NCBI RefSeq assembly: GCF_006345805.1
Contig: NC_042999.1
Span: 83,886,001 to 83,950,000, forward strand
From: Octopus sinensis
Lineage: Eukaryota
Reading direction: 5' to 3'
Length of the DNA stretch: 64,000 bases
Shown: in pieces, positions 1 through 13,295 of the stretch
How the letters are laid out: every line of letters begins with the position of its first letter
Position numbering within the stretch: position 1 is the stretch's first letter
Made by a program: the position numbers and the translations under genes
Notes under the pieces: generated by a model
What the model saw: only the letters and a program-made list of their open reading frames with translations
What the model was told of the DNA's origin: nothing
Databases searched by the model: none

Positions 1-54
1 ATATATATATATATATATATATTAGAATTTTTCTTCTGCCCTTATCTTGTAAAT

Positions 55-86
<32 letters not shown>

Positions 87-127
87 TATTAGAATTTTTC
101 TTCTGCCCTTATCTTGTAAATTATATA

Positions 128-172
<45 letters not shown>
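1..172. repeat. (TA)n microsatellite containing a tandem duplication of a ~40-bp unique core
   Basis: ATTAGAATTTTTCTTCTGCCCTTATCTTGTAAATTATA occurs at ~21 and ~88, separated by TA repeats. Confidence 0.85.
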
Positions 173-177
<5 letters not shown>

Positions 178-369
178 ATTACCTCTTTATTGATGTTCGT
201 GAATATAACTCAGATAACAATGTAGAAACCCACAGATTTAATCGTCTACCTAGTTCCAGATCTTACGTTTTTCTATCCTCTCTTCCTGTACCATCCTTAT
301 CTTTCCGAACATTGTGCATCCACCGAATACCTAAAGTTTTCTATTTTTTATAATCGACTTCCCTCTCCA

Positions 370-464
370 TCCATCTATCTATCTATCTATCTACCTATCT
401 ACCTATCTACCTACCTATCTACCTATCTACCTACCTACCTATCTATCTATCTATCTATCTATCT
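370..464. repeat. (CTAT)n/(CTAC)n tetranucleotide microsatellite
   Basis: Directly visible. Confidence 0.9.
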
Positions 465-692
465 TTCTCTTTTCTTTTGTTCCTTTTCCTTTTCTTTTTT
501 TCTTTTTCTTTTTTTATTTTTTATTTTATTTTTTTTTGTTCTTTTCTTCCCTTTTACGATCCCTCTTGATAGAAAACCTACGCCACCCCCTTTTTTTGTT
601 TCTTTTGTTTTTTGTTTTTTTCATCCCCCAGAAGAAAAGCTCTACCTTGTAACTTGTCTCATCTGTGTGCAGCCCTGTGTGGCCAATAAAGA
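465..692 (+). mobile_element. Isolated 3' UTR of a Tx1-like LINE
   Basis: T-rich tract ending GCCCTGTGTGGCCAATAAAGA (672-692), nearly identical to the 3' end of the adjacent Tx1 copy (1945-1965). Confidence 0.6.
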
Positions 693-710
693 AACTTATC
701 TATATATCTA

Positions 711-1965
711 ACTCCGTCATCTATTATCACCTGACATTCGTGCCCTGTCCTGATCGTACCATCACCAAACTGGAATGCATACCCTTCCACTTTATGTGAA
801 AGGGAAGCGTCCTATTAGTAAAGCGATCCATTTTCTGTCAACACCCGCTAAATAGAAGGCTGGGCATGACGTGGTTGATGATGTGCAGACATACGCTAAG
901 ACTACGACATCTCCAGCGCTTCATAGACGACGGTGAACAGGTGTGGTCACCATTTGTGAGGCGCGCTTTCCCGCAGCTCGTCTCTTTGGCAGAACTGCAG
1001 TCATGTATCAAACAGAGATCGAGGCTAGACGAATTGCACAGCGAGTGCTGCCTTACTCTCAGGCAACTCTGACGTGTAGGACCAAACTTGTGCGACTTCA
1101 ATTCCACGAAGGCGTTCTATAGAGGATTAGTGGAACGCGACGAAGTTCTTGAGGAGAATCTGGGCGCCGACGGGAAGCACCTGATCCGCCTCTCCAGGAC
1201 AACTTTCGGGCCGGGACCTATGGACAATCACCAGAGAACCTTGGCCTGGCAGTGCTAGCGGGAAGCATTGCCCGTTCGGGATAAGCTCTACAGGCACAGT
1301 TCGAGATACACCGAACCGACTTGCCCGAGATGCGTTCAGAACGACGAAACTTATGCACGCACTCGTGTAGTGTCCAACCATTTCAAACCTGTGGGCTTAT
1401 GTCGAACGGGTGCTGTCACGTGTGGGACGAATTCGGTTATCGGCCGAGTCTTTCGTGAATATTGACCCGCCACCTTCCTTTAACCAGGAAGGCAAGGCAG
1501 TTTTCATAGTACTAGTGGATATGGTGAAAGAATGTGTGTGGTGGACTCGTGCGAAAGGTTTAGAGACAAACACTTTCGTCTCTGGCCAATCAGTAAAAAG
1601 GAAGGTGAGAATAGAGAGGGAAGTTTTGTCTCATAAAAGTTTCAATAAAAAGTGGATGAATGTAGCAAAGATGGTACGCGTGAATAACGAAACCACTTTA
1701 AGCATGATCCTATAGATACAAAAGAGAGAACGAGCCTTTTGCTCTCATGTGTTTCCTTCTCTGCCTTAGGCTACTGTGCTCTCTTTCGTAGGCTTTTCTT
1801 CCTACGGATAAACATCTTTTACATTTTTACCCCGCCTTTTTTTGCTGTTTACGCGTCACAAACGCTCTCGATCCCTTTTGATCGTTTTTATTTTCTTTCT
1901 TTCGAAAAGAAAATTTCTATTTTGCATTGTCCCCTCAGTGTTCGGCCCTGTGTGGCTAATAAAGA
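711..1965 (+). mobile_element. 5'-truncated, degenerate Tx1/L1-clade LINE (ORF2 C-terminus with zinc finger, then 3' UTR)
   Basis: Frameshifted translation includes FHFM*KG...CQHPLNRRLGMTWL and TLAWQC*REALPVRDKLYRH...PTCPRCVQNDETYAH, resembling the zf-RVT region of Tx1 ORF2. Ends in AATAAAGA. Confidence 0.75.
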
Positions 1966-1987
1966 TATCTAGCTGTCTATCTGTCTG

Positions 1988-2054
<67 letters not shown>

Positions 2055-2141
2055 CATACATACATACATACATACATACATACATACATACGTACGTATG
2101 TATTAATGTGTATTTACGAGTGTGCATATATGTAGGTATAT

Positions 2142-2192
<51 letters not shown>

Positions 2193-2694
2193 GCATAAAT
2201 GTATGCATCTATGTTTACATATATATATACTTGGACGCATTCACATGCTACTCCTTTTCTCTTTATATTAGAGTGCCTTAGAAATCCTGATTGAACTCAT
2301 CGATTTACACTTTACAAGTTAGAATAAAGAGAACTTTAATTTCTAGCGGCTGCTAGTTTAGCATTTTAGTTACATTTGATTGGCTTCGCTATAAAAACTC
2401 GATGCTGGTCATTAAACTATAATTACTGACAAACGATCTCATAATTCACCAGGACGAGGTGGACATGATGTAGTCATCACTGACAGAATTACTCACCGAT
2501 CAGTACAAACAGTCTGCGCCTTGCAAAGCAGTCGAATCATTTCTCTATTTAAATGTGTTTGAAATTATACATGCAGAAAAGACACACACGCACACAAATA
2601 CACGAACACACGCTCACGGACGGACACACACACACAAACACAGACCACAAACACATAGACACACATATATGCGTGTAGGTATGTATGTATACGT

Positions 2695-2835
2695 ACGACA
2701 GGCATCTTTCAGTTTCCATCTACCAAATCCACTGACAGGGCTTTAGTCGAACCGGTGCGAGAGTAGGACACACTTTCACACTTTGCCGCTCACATGGTTG
2801 GGAAGATTACATGTTTTGGAGAAAGCATGTTTACC
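2695..2835 (-). mobile_element. tRNA-derived SINE family A, degenerate 5' half
   Basis: TTTCAGTTTCCATCTACCAAATCCACT is the reverse complement of the segment seen in the 34206 and 63711 copies. Confidence 0.65.
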
Positions 2836-3349
2836 ACACAATCACGCAAACATCTATACATTAATACAAATACACAGGCACAGACACACACATACATATA
2901 CATACACACACGCGTGCGCGCGCGCTTGTATACGTTTATACACAAAAACCGTACAGTCATATAGCCAGACTCAAAATTACCTTTACACTGAGACACCCAT
3001 AGCAAAAGAACATATGCACAATCCCTAACAATTAGCATCACTTATGTCACTAACACACAGAAGATACCATCATACGCACACAAGGTATACGTTAGCTATG
3101 TGAGAAACGTACTCATAATCACAGTTCTGAAGAACACCACAAACACACACTCCCCAACAATTATTCTCACATCGTTCCCACTTATCTCCCTTGTTACTCT
3201 CGTGTGTACAAAATCTCGCTGTTTCTAACATGATATGAGGTAAACTAAGACGAATAAGCTACTTTGATCATATTATTATAACTTTTCGGATCTTTTCCTA
3301 TTATATTGGCATTCAGTAGAAGAATCATTTCTACTAAGACTTAAGCGTT

Positions 3350-3530
3350 GAGAGGCAGTAAGCTGACATAACGGAGAAAAACGCATAGCAGCAAAGTTCA
3401 AATTCCGTTTATGCCGACTTTACGTTTCATCATTTTGGAGACGATAAAATAAACACCAGTTGAGCATTACGGTCGATATAATCGATTTTCTTCCCTTCTA
3501 GAAAAATTACTGAACTTGTGCCAAAAGTAA
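3350..3530 (+). mobile_element. Degenerate tRNA-derived SINE family E
   Basis: GTTCAAATTCC B-box-like motif, then GACTTTACGTTTCATCATTTTGGAGACGATAAAATAAACACCAGT. Related minus-strand copies at ~6785-6900, 8575-8760, 9570-9765, 15190-15300 and 36100-36300. Confidence 0.55.
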
Positions 3531-3934
3531 GGATGAATTGCTTCGAACGTTTAACTTAATAACTACACTTGGTTTTCACTTTCATTTTCGTCTTGATAGT
3601 TTTCCTAATTTTTGTATGTATGTAGTAGTAAATGTGCGCGCGCGTTATTGCGTGTGTGTGTGTGTGTGTTTGTATGTGTGCAAGGGTTTGTGGTATATGG
3701 GTGTTTCGAGGGGAGTAACCGTATGTGCATGTAACTGTCATTCTGCATATGTGTGTAAACACTCACTAAATAAAAAGGTGTTATTATTCACATGTACGAG
3801 CATGCACGAAGGCATGCAACGCGAAATATTCGCTCGTCGCAAATAGGAAGAAGAGAGTAATACATAGCTATATATGAATGTGTATGTGTGTACATGAGCG
3901 TCTGTGTGCGTGCGGGATCCTTCAACCTTGAGGG

Positions 3935-4677
3935 TATGGATGTGTATATTTATGTATGTATGTATGTATGTATGTATGCATGTATGTATGCATGTATGTC
4001 TGTATGTATGTATGTGCATGCATGTATGTATGGCGTATGTGTGTATGTATCTATTCATGTATGTATGTACGTATGTGTGTATACATACATGTATGTATGT
4101 ATGCATGCATACCTGACTGCATGCATGCATGTATGCAAGCATGTATTTATGTATGCATGCACATATGTATGTATGCATGTATGTATATTTCTATGCATAC
4201 ATGCATGTATGTAATTATGCATGCATGCTTGTATGTATGCATGCATGTACTACTGTATGTATGTATGCGTGTATGCATGTATGTATGTATGCATTTAAGT
4301 ACATAATTATGTATCTATGTATGTATGCTTCTCTGTATATGTATTTATTTATGTGTATAATGCACGTCTGTCATTAAACAGTTGCGCGTGGATTATTCTA
4401 TACACGCACTGGCGTTATTATACACTTTTGCTTTTATAGATCTTATCTACACACGTTGTTCTCTAATGTTTACTTTTTCAGCCACCACACCCCTCTTTAC
4501 CACCTTCTCCTGCCTCATACCCACTCCCTTATTCTTATCTTTCCTTCCAGTAGCATGCTTTAACCGAAGTATCTTTCCGTCACCTATTTGTACTTTGCCC
4601 ATGTATCTTTGTACGTATATTTATTTTACTAAATTTTATTCTTTATTACGTATCAATATCATGAGAAACGTACATAC

Positions 4678-4718
<41 letters not shown>

Positions 4719-4806
4719 TATATATATTTACATAAATATGTATGTATATATATATATGCATATATATATTATGTACATACATATGTATGTATATATATAT
4801 ATATAG

Positions 4807-4871
<65 letters not shown>

Positions 4872-5123
4872 TATATATATCATATGTATATATATGTATA
4901 TATATATATACATATATATATATATGTATATATATATATACATATGTATATATATTATATATATATACATGTATATATATATACATGTATATATATATAT
5001 ATATATATACATGTATATATATATACATGTAATATATATATACATGTAATATATATATATATATATACATGTATATATATATACATGTATATATATATAT
5101 ATATTACATGTATATATATATAC

Positions 5124-5161
<38 letters not shown>

Positions 5162-5306
5162 ATATATATATATATATACATGTATATATATATATATATA
5201 TACATGTATATATATATATATATATACATGTATATATATATATATGTATATATATATGTATATATATATTTATGTTTATGTATATATATATATATATTCA
5301 TACACG

Positions 5307-5357
<51 letters not shown>

Positions 5358-5360
5358 CTT
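3935..5360. repeat. Compound microsatellite field: (ATGT/ATGC)n, (CA)n, (TA)n with recurring TACATG units
   Basis: Directly visible; source of the spurious YI/CV/HT ORFs. Confidence 0.9.
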
Positions 5361-5553
5361 TAAATATGAATACACAATTGTTTTTAGTTCAATGTAACTT
5401 ATACAAGTATGTGCCCGTATGTCGATGTATATATATGTGTTTGCTTGCATACATACATATATGCAGATGTGACAATATAACACGCACGTGCATGCAACAC
5501 ACAAACACACACGCGCGTACACGCCCACACACACAAACATAGGTAGATAGATA

Positions 5554-6767
5554 CGGGGTCGTATCAAAAGTTTCCCAGCCTAGTTATATATACCATAGAA
5601 AATAGTATTTTTACCTAAGTTTTAACATCATCTCCTTCGAAATAGTCACCTTGCGCAGCATTACACCTTTCCTACCGTCCCTGCCACTTATGGAATCCAG
5701 CCTGGAAGTCGTTTTCCGTAAGCGTGTCGAGGACCTTCTATGATTCTCTCTGAATCTCGACAACGGTGTTAAAACGGCAACCTCTGAGCTACATTGTTTT
5801 CTTGGGGAAGAGATGGAAGTCTACGGGTTCTAAAGCTGACGAATAGTGCGGACGCGGAGAGATCGGTGACAGGGTGTATTGTCATCTTGAAGAATCCACA
5901 GATCTGATCGCTTTCACCGAATGTCCTCCTTCAAACGCTTCAAAACAGTCGCAATAGAGCTCTCGATTGACGGTCTAACCCTGGCGACGATACCTACAGC
6001 AGATATCGGAAGAAAACGATGAGCATGCTCTTGATTGAGATGGGGGTTCTGGCTGCATTCTTCGGTCGTGGAAATGAAGGGCTCTTTCATTGTGACGACT
6101 GCTGCTTCGTCTTAGGGTCAAGCCCGTAGACTAAACTCCCGTCACCGTGATGATCTTCAACATGAAGGATGTCATCAGCGACACTTGACAGACTTTGAAG
6201 CGATATTCTTTCTGCTCAGGGGTCAGCAGACGGAGTACAAATTTGGCAGACACAGCGTATATTCAATTCAGACGATAGGATTGCTTGCACCCATACAACA
6301 GACCAACAACATTAGCAATGTCGTTGATTGTCATTCGACGATCCTCATGCACAAGCTAATAAATTTTCTCCACATTTCTGGGGGTGATACTCGTGGTGGA
6401 TCTTCCAGATCGCTTATCGTATTTCAGGGGCGCTCTTCCCGCTTTTGAAGCGCTCGTGCCACTCGAATCATTGCGTATGACCTATTGCCTTGTCAACGTA
6501 AGCTTGCCAAAACATGCTTAATGTCTTTGTAGCAGACTTCCCAATTTTAACGCAAAATTTCACGTTGGCTATTTGTTCCTGTTCATGAAAAATCGCACAC
6601 AACAACATGCAAATGATCACAAAATACAAATTTCACAGCTTGTAAAGTAAACACATGATGTCACTTGGCATACTGCTTCATAAAGGTCACTGCTAGCTCT
6701 CATTGCGCACGCTACTATGTTGGCATAATATAGAGCTAGTCCGTGAAGTTTTTTTTATACTACCTCG
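5554..6767 (-). mobile_element. Tc1/mariner (mariner-type) DNA transposon, near full length, with pseudogenised transposase
   Basis: Imperfect TIRs: CGGGGTCGTATCAAAAGTTTCCCAGCCTAG after TA, versus revcomp of the right end CGAGGTAGTATAAAAAAAACTTCACGGACTAG. Minus-strand motifs VSAKFVLRLLTPEQ, KIIT-GD..VYG.DPKTKQQSSQ and GFHKWQGR*ERCNAAQGDYFEGD. Confidence 0.88.
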
Positions 6768-7139
6768 AAGACAGATGCAAATATCATTTCTACTATAGGC
6801 AAAAGGTTTGAAATTTTGAGGGACGAGCCTAGTCGATAACATTGACTCCAGTGACTCGTAATTAATTTATCAACACTGAAAGTAGACATCAGCAAAATGT
6901 GATCAATTTGTCAATAAAATTATTAAAATATGCATAAAATCTACAACCATAATTCACAAGCAAGTATGACCTTGTAATATCTACCACGATTTAAGCAATT
7001 ATTTGAGGGGCTTATGTAATGGAAAGCAGACACAGGATTGAACTCGACACTTCCTGACTTGAACCAGCGAAACAACGAAGATACGACAACTGCTGGGAGA
7101 GAGTGCTGCACCAGCAACCGGCTAGCGCTCGTTTTCTGT

Positions 7140-7260
7140 TCGGTGGATTGAAATGCGAAATGAATTGCTTTGCTCAAGCAAGCAACAATCCAACACGTCC
7201 AGGAATTGAATACGCGACTCAATGACCATGAATCTAACACTCTTTACTACTGGGCTACAC
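7140..7260 (-). mobile_element. Degenerate tRNA-derived SINE head (family C)
   Basis: Reverse complement resembles the head of the 60140 copy (A/B boxes, then CTTGAGCAAAGC). Confidence 0.55.
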
Positions 7261-8769
7261 ACACATGCACACACGCAAACACTCGTATGTATAAATGTAT
7301 CTATACATATCTATAGACCTATGTGTATGCATCTGCACATACATATGTAGATAAATGTTTGTGTGTGTACTTACATATACTCAGACATATTCATATTTTT
7401 GTGTGTGTTTGTGTGTATATTTATGCAACTTAACGGATCAATTTAGCTAAATCTCTTGCTATATCAATACAACGAAAAAAGAATCTCGTTGGCTCTGATC
7501 CTATTTTTGAGATCAGCATCAATAAAACAATATCTCCCCACATGAAGTTTCGTGAAGCGCTTAATTGATCTGAAGGTTGTCTTCTATATCAAAGGATGCA
7601 TTTGATACTCAGCTTGCTAGCTTCTATTTGCCTATGCATGCTATTGCGTTCTAGATATTGCTTTGGAAGAGACAGTAATACAAATAGAACGGAAATGAAT
7701 TTTGGAACTGTTCAATATAAATGTAATATGTTTATAATCTATTGAAGAATTGTCTATTGTTAAGAAGAATATCGAGATAATTGTAGCCTGTAAATGTGCG
7801 TTCAAGTTGAACAAGTGATTTAAATTTAATACATTTGAATAATAAAAATAATAATTCTTATATGAAGTTGTTAGTGTACTTGTTTAGTTACATCTTAATC
7901 CTTATTTAGGAGAGCTCAAAATCTTACCTGGCATGTTTTTCCTGTGTTTATTTTGCTTCTTTTATTTCAGAAGTAGTGCATGTATTGTAGAATGTAACAA
8001 AGGCTTGGAGATCAAATATGTCCCCAGTCGAGATACCAATATCACAAGCATTCAGATAAGCACTCAGTTTCTCTCTCTTTCAATTTATGTACTTAGGAAA
8101 TTGACGTGCAGGTGTAGTGTCTAAATGACGATGGGTAACATTACCAACTAGGGAGCACAAATATTAGGATACACGACTCTTTTCTCTTGAAGGATTTATT
8201 TTAAAATGTAAAAGTACACCATATAATGTGTCCTTCCATTTTTAGTTTGAAGGCGAATTGTCTGATACATGAGGGAATCTTGTAATGAACTATTAGAAAG
8301 AATTATTTTATTTAATTTAGCACGTGAATCCTGAGTAAATACAACATAGATAACGACTCGGGTAACTCGAAACATAAAATTTACGCGACCCTGGATTTAT
8401 CACAAAGGAATTTGTGTAACCATGAAGAAATACACATGCATATGAATGAATTACATAAAAAATTAAAATTCAAAAATAAATAAACGAAATTAAACGTAGT
8501 AAAACCTATAGTCGTGGGGTTTATAACTGCTGCTATTATAAAGATGATAACTATGAAGAAAATACTAGTAATAATAATAGTTTCTAACATAATCAGAAGG
8601 CCAGAAAGTTGGAGAAGGATTAGGTCAATTAAATCGTCCTCAGTACTTGAGTGATATTCTCTTTTGTAAACGCTGTAAGGATGAAAGGGAAAGCTGACCT
8701 CAGAAGGTATTAGATTCTTAAGGTAAAGAGTTGGAACTAATACCGCGAGAATTTTGCGGATCCTAAGTA

Positions 8770-9090
8770 TACTGCATGAGTATGAATGTGAAGATGGCTG
8801 GCGGTAGCTGGCTATGCCTGACAGGGGGAAACCAGAAACGATTAAGTAAATCGTTGATTATGGGCAATCAAGACAATCCATTAGACCAAATTTGATGAAG
8901 ACAAATATTTATAAGACACAGGCAGAAAGGAAATCTAGACTGTGCGGAAAAGGAAAAAATAAGTATTAAGTTTCTCCTAAGTGCAATTAGCAAGAAAATA
9001 TAGTATAACTGACTGTGTCGTTAACAAAACAAAAACAAATCTATTGGAATATTAGCCAACGTTATAGAGTCGGAATGAGAGAAAAGTAAT
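8770..9090 (+). mobile_element. Degenerate R4/Dong-type (RLE) non-LTR fragment, pre-endonuclease zinc-knuckle region
   Basis: SWLCLTGGNQKRLSKSLIMGNQD / IRPNLMKTNIYKTQAERKSRLCGK resembles the WL..G.LK.ETE.LI.AAQDQ.L.T....I......KCRLC consensus. Confidence 0.6.
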
Positions 9091-9239
9091 TTAAGCGCAA
9101 GCCTGAGGCTCCGATGATGAATGATAATTAAAGAATATTACAGAATATTGATGCAAGAAGATTAGATATGGATGGAGAGAGAGAGGTGGGAGAACAGACA
9201 AACAGACAGACAGAGAATGAGGGAGATATAGAACTAACA

Positions 9240-9480
9240 GTATAATACCATGCACTCTGCCAAAAAAAAAATAGGTACAAAATTGAGATATATTAGAAGA
9301 GCCAAAAGCTCGAAGGGTTTGAGGAACAGAAAGGTGAAAAATCATTCCTATGGCAAATAGCGCGAGAGCCATATAGCTACATAAGAAGCTGAAGGAGACT
9401 GGAATTAGAACAAGTATTGTCGACCTGAAGAAAAGTATCAAGTTTTCTACAAGAAGAGTTTGCAAGATACAAGAAATTTG
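9240..9480 (+). mobile_element. Second degenerate RLE C-terminus (R4/Dong-like)
   Basis: ARRV*GTER.KIIPMANSA...LHKKLKETGIRTSIVDLKKSIKFSTRRV resembles the LW...VKIIPVVIGALG...LQK..L.TARIL tail. Confidence 0.4.
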
Positions 9481-9789
9481 ATAAGATTTATCGTCAAATG
9501 TGAGATTAATATCCTTATTAATTAAAAAGCATATGATAGATTTTGAACAATAATGATAATATTGCTTGCAATTTTTTAGTATGCTGCCTGCAATTTTGTG
9601 GGGAGGAAACACATCGACTGCCTAGATCCCTGTACCTGACTGGTGTTCTTATTTTATCGATCCCAAAAGGTTAAAAGACTAATTTTAGATGAGAAAGTAA
9701 AGATCCGAAAGAAATGTCACTAAGCATTTTTTAAGATACGCTAACGACTCTTCCAGCTCACTGTCTTAATAATAATAATGATAATAATG

Positions 9790-9963
9790 ACCTTGCAAGG
9801 TCATGCGCTGTTTATCTTGATATGAGATCACCATGTCGCGCACATATGGTTGCGATGTATGTGCCTAGTGTACCCTTATCAGGCAGGTAGTCATGATGGG
9901 TATACTGGGCTTCGTATATTTTACCCCAGTGTCACTTTGATGGCATGCACTGCTCTGTCACTC
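9790..9963 (+). mobile_element. Short GC-richer interspersed repeat flanked by (AAT)n; probable non-LTR/SINE 3' end
   Basis: Bounded by TAATAATAATAATGATAATAAT upstream and a long (AAT)n tail downstream. Confidence 0.5.
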
Positions 9964-10035
<72 letters not shown>

Positions 10036-10157
10036 AAGAAGAAGAAGAAGAAGAAGAAGAAGAAGAAGAAGAAGAAGAAGAAGAAGAAGAAAGAAGAAGA
10101 AGAAGAAGAAGAAGAAGAAGAAGAGAAGAAGAAGAAGAAGAAGAAGAAGAAGAAGAA
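9964..10157. repeat. (AAT)n followed by (AAG)n trinucleotide tract
   Basis: Directly visible. Confidence 0.95.
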
Positions 10158-10164
10158 TATACCA

Positions 10165-10625
10165 TAAGGTGTCACCAAGAATAACTAGTATAAGACTTTG
10201 TGGGATTTTACAATCCAGTGTGTTTCAGTAATGGATACTCGGGGACCAGGCATTGTTGTAGTTGATATGATGAAAGATACCAAAATCACAAATATTGTTA
10301 TACCTATGAATCTCCAAGAGGATGATAAAGAACTGAAAAGATTGAGTAGATCAAATTACAAATGTGGGTAATAAAGAGTAACCATCAGCCTAGTAGTTGT
10401 AGGGGCACTGGGCGCTTTTGCAACAAGCTTTCAGGAATATGTCGGTAAAATTGGAAATGACATGAGGCTAGAACTTGCTCAGAAAACTGTTTTATTGGGG
10501 ATAGCGAATATTTTTGAGGTCGATTCTTGGATGCTACGTATTGTGAAAGACTCTGTGTGACCCATAATTACAGAGTTAGCCGGAGCAAGGAAAATCGAAA
10601 GCTCTAAGAAGTGAAATGACAACAA
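10165..10625 (+). mobile_element. R4/Dong-type restriction-like endonuclease domain remnant and 3' UTR
   Basis: KTLWDFTIQCVSVMDTRGPGIVVVD...TKITNIVIP and RVTISLVVVGALGAFA...RLELAQKTVLLGIANI match the ILWDF.IQTD.....RPDIV / VVIGALG / LQK..LLGTA RLE consensus. Confidence 0.72.
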
Positions 10626-10809
10626 AAACAAAAAACAAAAAGACAGATACACACACAACGACAACACTAACAAGAACACTGCTACTGCTGTTGCCGCTGC
10701 TGCTACTACTGATGCTGCTGCAGATGATGACGACGACGACGACGATGATGATGATGATTTCTACCATTGGCAGGAAGTTGCACATTTTGATAGACAACGC
10801 ATAATACAA

Positions 10810-12823
10810 GTATTAATCCTCTTACAAGTTTCTAACGATATGAATATACAAATCGACGCATGCTTTAGCAAAAATATATATAAATTGCTCATTTCAAATA
10901 TCAAAACTTTTGATGCAAAAGGATTCAATCTGGTTAGAGAAATTCATGGAGATGGATGCCTAAATACTCTAATCTAATAAAAATTCGATCACGCCTGTCA
11001 AACATTCTCGAAACTCTAATTTTGTCTCGAATTAAGAAAATATATCGACAACTCAAAAGTCTTGTAGCGAAGTAGCAGAAATTTGCAAAGAGCGATCTCG
11101 TGATTTAACGATTAGCTACTGAAACAGAAGGCTAGTAGAGTAATGCAGTCTGCAGCAGAAGTTATATATTACCAGGATAGGTCATATAAAAATATAGACT
11201 ATTGCTGCGTATTGCATCTTTGGATCGTAGAGTAAATAACGATTTATTAAATATAAATCAATAATTGTGTTATTGAGGAAAATTACTATACGAAAATGAA
11301 ATACTCGTGTGGTAAACCACAAAGAATGTATTCTGAAATCTAGGGCTGTTCATATAAACACTGGTGAGGTTTTAAGGAATAATTATTAGATACATAGAAA
11401 GAGACTAAGAAAGAAAAAAGATGTTTTTTTAATTACCAAGAAAGAGTAAGAAACATAAGTATTTATTGTTTCCAAAACTATGCATAAAGAATGAATAGTT
11501 TTGAGGAAGTAATGTCACCGAAAAAATGGAGGGAAGATTTAATTCTTTCTAGAAATGTGAAATGCCATACAAAATGACTTTAAATGTAAAGAGTGCAAGA
11601 TGTTTATAGATGAACTTTAATAAGGTAAATAGTAATTAATAAGTAGAATGCAGGTGTAATCCAAACTTTAAAATATTGATAGCTAAGGGAATCCACATAA
11701 CTAGAGATAACAAGTATGAAGATAAGTTTGTATTATACTGCGGAGGCAGTCAGTCATCAGTTTGAACTGTATGAGTGGGGAGTTGACAGAAGTACAAGAC
11801 GAAGTTGTATGAGAAATAGAAGACAAAAGAATGGAGATTAATGAAGTATATATAAAATAAAGAACCCGAAAAAGAATTTGAAGAAGAAAACGAAGACGAT
11901 GACAAAAGATAGTTAACTACACAGGTGTTATAAGTAATTAATTTCTTTCTTCTCCATTTAAATAGAAATATTTGTTTCTTATTCGCTTTAACTCTTCTTT
12001 CAAATTCTAAAGAATCTTATCGTGTTTTTAGCCACAACTAATCTACTAGCGAAACTAATCTCCGATATTTGTTTGTATTTATTGTGTATACCTTTAACGT
12101 TTCTGCCTATATGTAGAAAACGGGTTCACACAGTCTGTCTGAAGCTTTATTAGGACTTGCATCAATCGCAACCAATGCCTTGTGCAGTTGGAAAGTTCGT
12201 ATAAAACGAAACATGAACAGTTGAAAAGAACTACTATTATTATTACATTTATGTTTTATGCTGATATATTAGAAAAATGATATGCTTGTGTATGTAAATC
12301 AAAATGTTCTTCTGAGATTTATTGAAATCATGTCACTCTTGTTATCCTAAATGCAGTAAAACTGTGATTGACCTGTTGGAAAACCTGTCGCCAATGAAGG
12401 AACTGCACAACAACTGCTGTAAAAATAGTGAGGCGTTTACCTCTAGAATTGAAACTACTGAATCAAGATATGATTATTCTTAATGTAAAGACTGAAGTCG
12501 AAACCGACTATTCTGTAACTTAAATACTGTTGGTAAAAAATGAACTTTATGCCGACACTGGTTCATCTACCACACAACTACGCCTTCAATACAATCATGA
12601 AAACAGAAAATATATGTATATATGTGTGTGTGAAAAAGAGAGAAAGTGTGTGTGTACATGAGTGCATGTGTTTCAAACAAGAAAAGAAACGCTCAAAAGA
12701 TACCTACATAAGTTCATATTCTCACATATAAAAGTGAAAGCTATATACATATACGCAGCCATACAAACGTACATTGCATAAGCGTATGTATATATGTGTG
12801 TGTAAGTATATATGCACGCATGC

Positions 12824-12856
<33 letters not shown>

Positions 12857-13120
12857 TGTATGTATGTATATTCCATTTGAAATTTCCAACAATATAAGAA
12901 CGATTTTTTAAGTAAGTTTAATTATCTCTTGGAATCAAACAAAATATGATAAAAAAAATATTTAATTAAAAAAAAAAGTACTAAGTAAATCAAAACAAAA
13001 TGGAACTGAAATTGTAGGAAGCAAAAATTCTACAGAGAGTAAACGAAATTCCTCATGTGTTACAATACATATTAATTTAAAATTCATTTATTTCAAGAAC
13101 CATCCACCATCTGATAAGAA
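10810..13120. mobile_element. Several highly decayed Penelope-like (probably Naiad-type) GIY-YIG/linker remnants on both strands
   Basis: Only weak motif echoes, e.g. plus ~10850-11040 ST.LSKYI / YSN...; minus ~12110-12450 GK.LT..VV.Q and A.P....C.LC. Confidence 0.3.
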
Positions 13121-13160
13121 TTTGTGTCTTCTTGTAGTCATGTTCTATTGTGCTCTTACA

Positions 13161-13225
<65 letters not shown>

Positions 13226-13295
13226 CTGCTGCTGCTGTTGCTGTTGTTGTTGTTGCTGTTGTTAATGCTGTTGCTGTTGTTGCTTTTGTTATTAT
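13161..13295. repeat. (ATT)n-(GTT)n-(GCT)n compound trinucleotide repeat
   Basis: Directly visible. Confidence 0.9.

Noticed and set aside
2497-2545. Possible minus-strand micro-exon ending G/GTGAGT
   Set aside because: Weak acceptor and no homology evidence; cannot be supported.
1842-5567. Many ORFs rich in YI, CV, HT or MY dipeptides, here and throughout the window
   Set aside because: Translations of (TA)n, (CA)n and (ATGT)n microsatellites, which lack stop codons.
7929-8090. Possible exon (plus acceptor TTTATTTCAG; minus donor CAG/GTAAGA)
   Set aside because: No matching splice partner with an open frame, and no recognisable peptide.
9850-10178. Poly-N/K/E, poly-F/S ORFs, and the poly-R ORF at 63034
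   Set aside because: Trinucleotide tracts, not genes.
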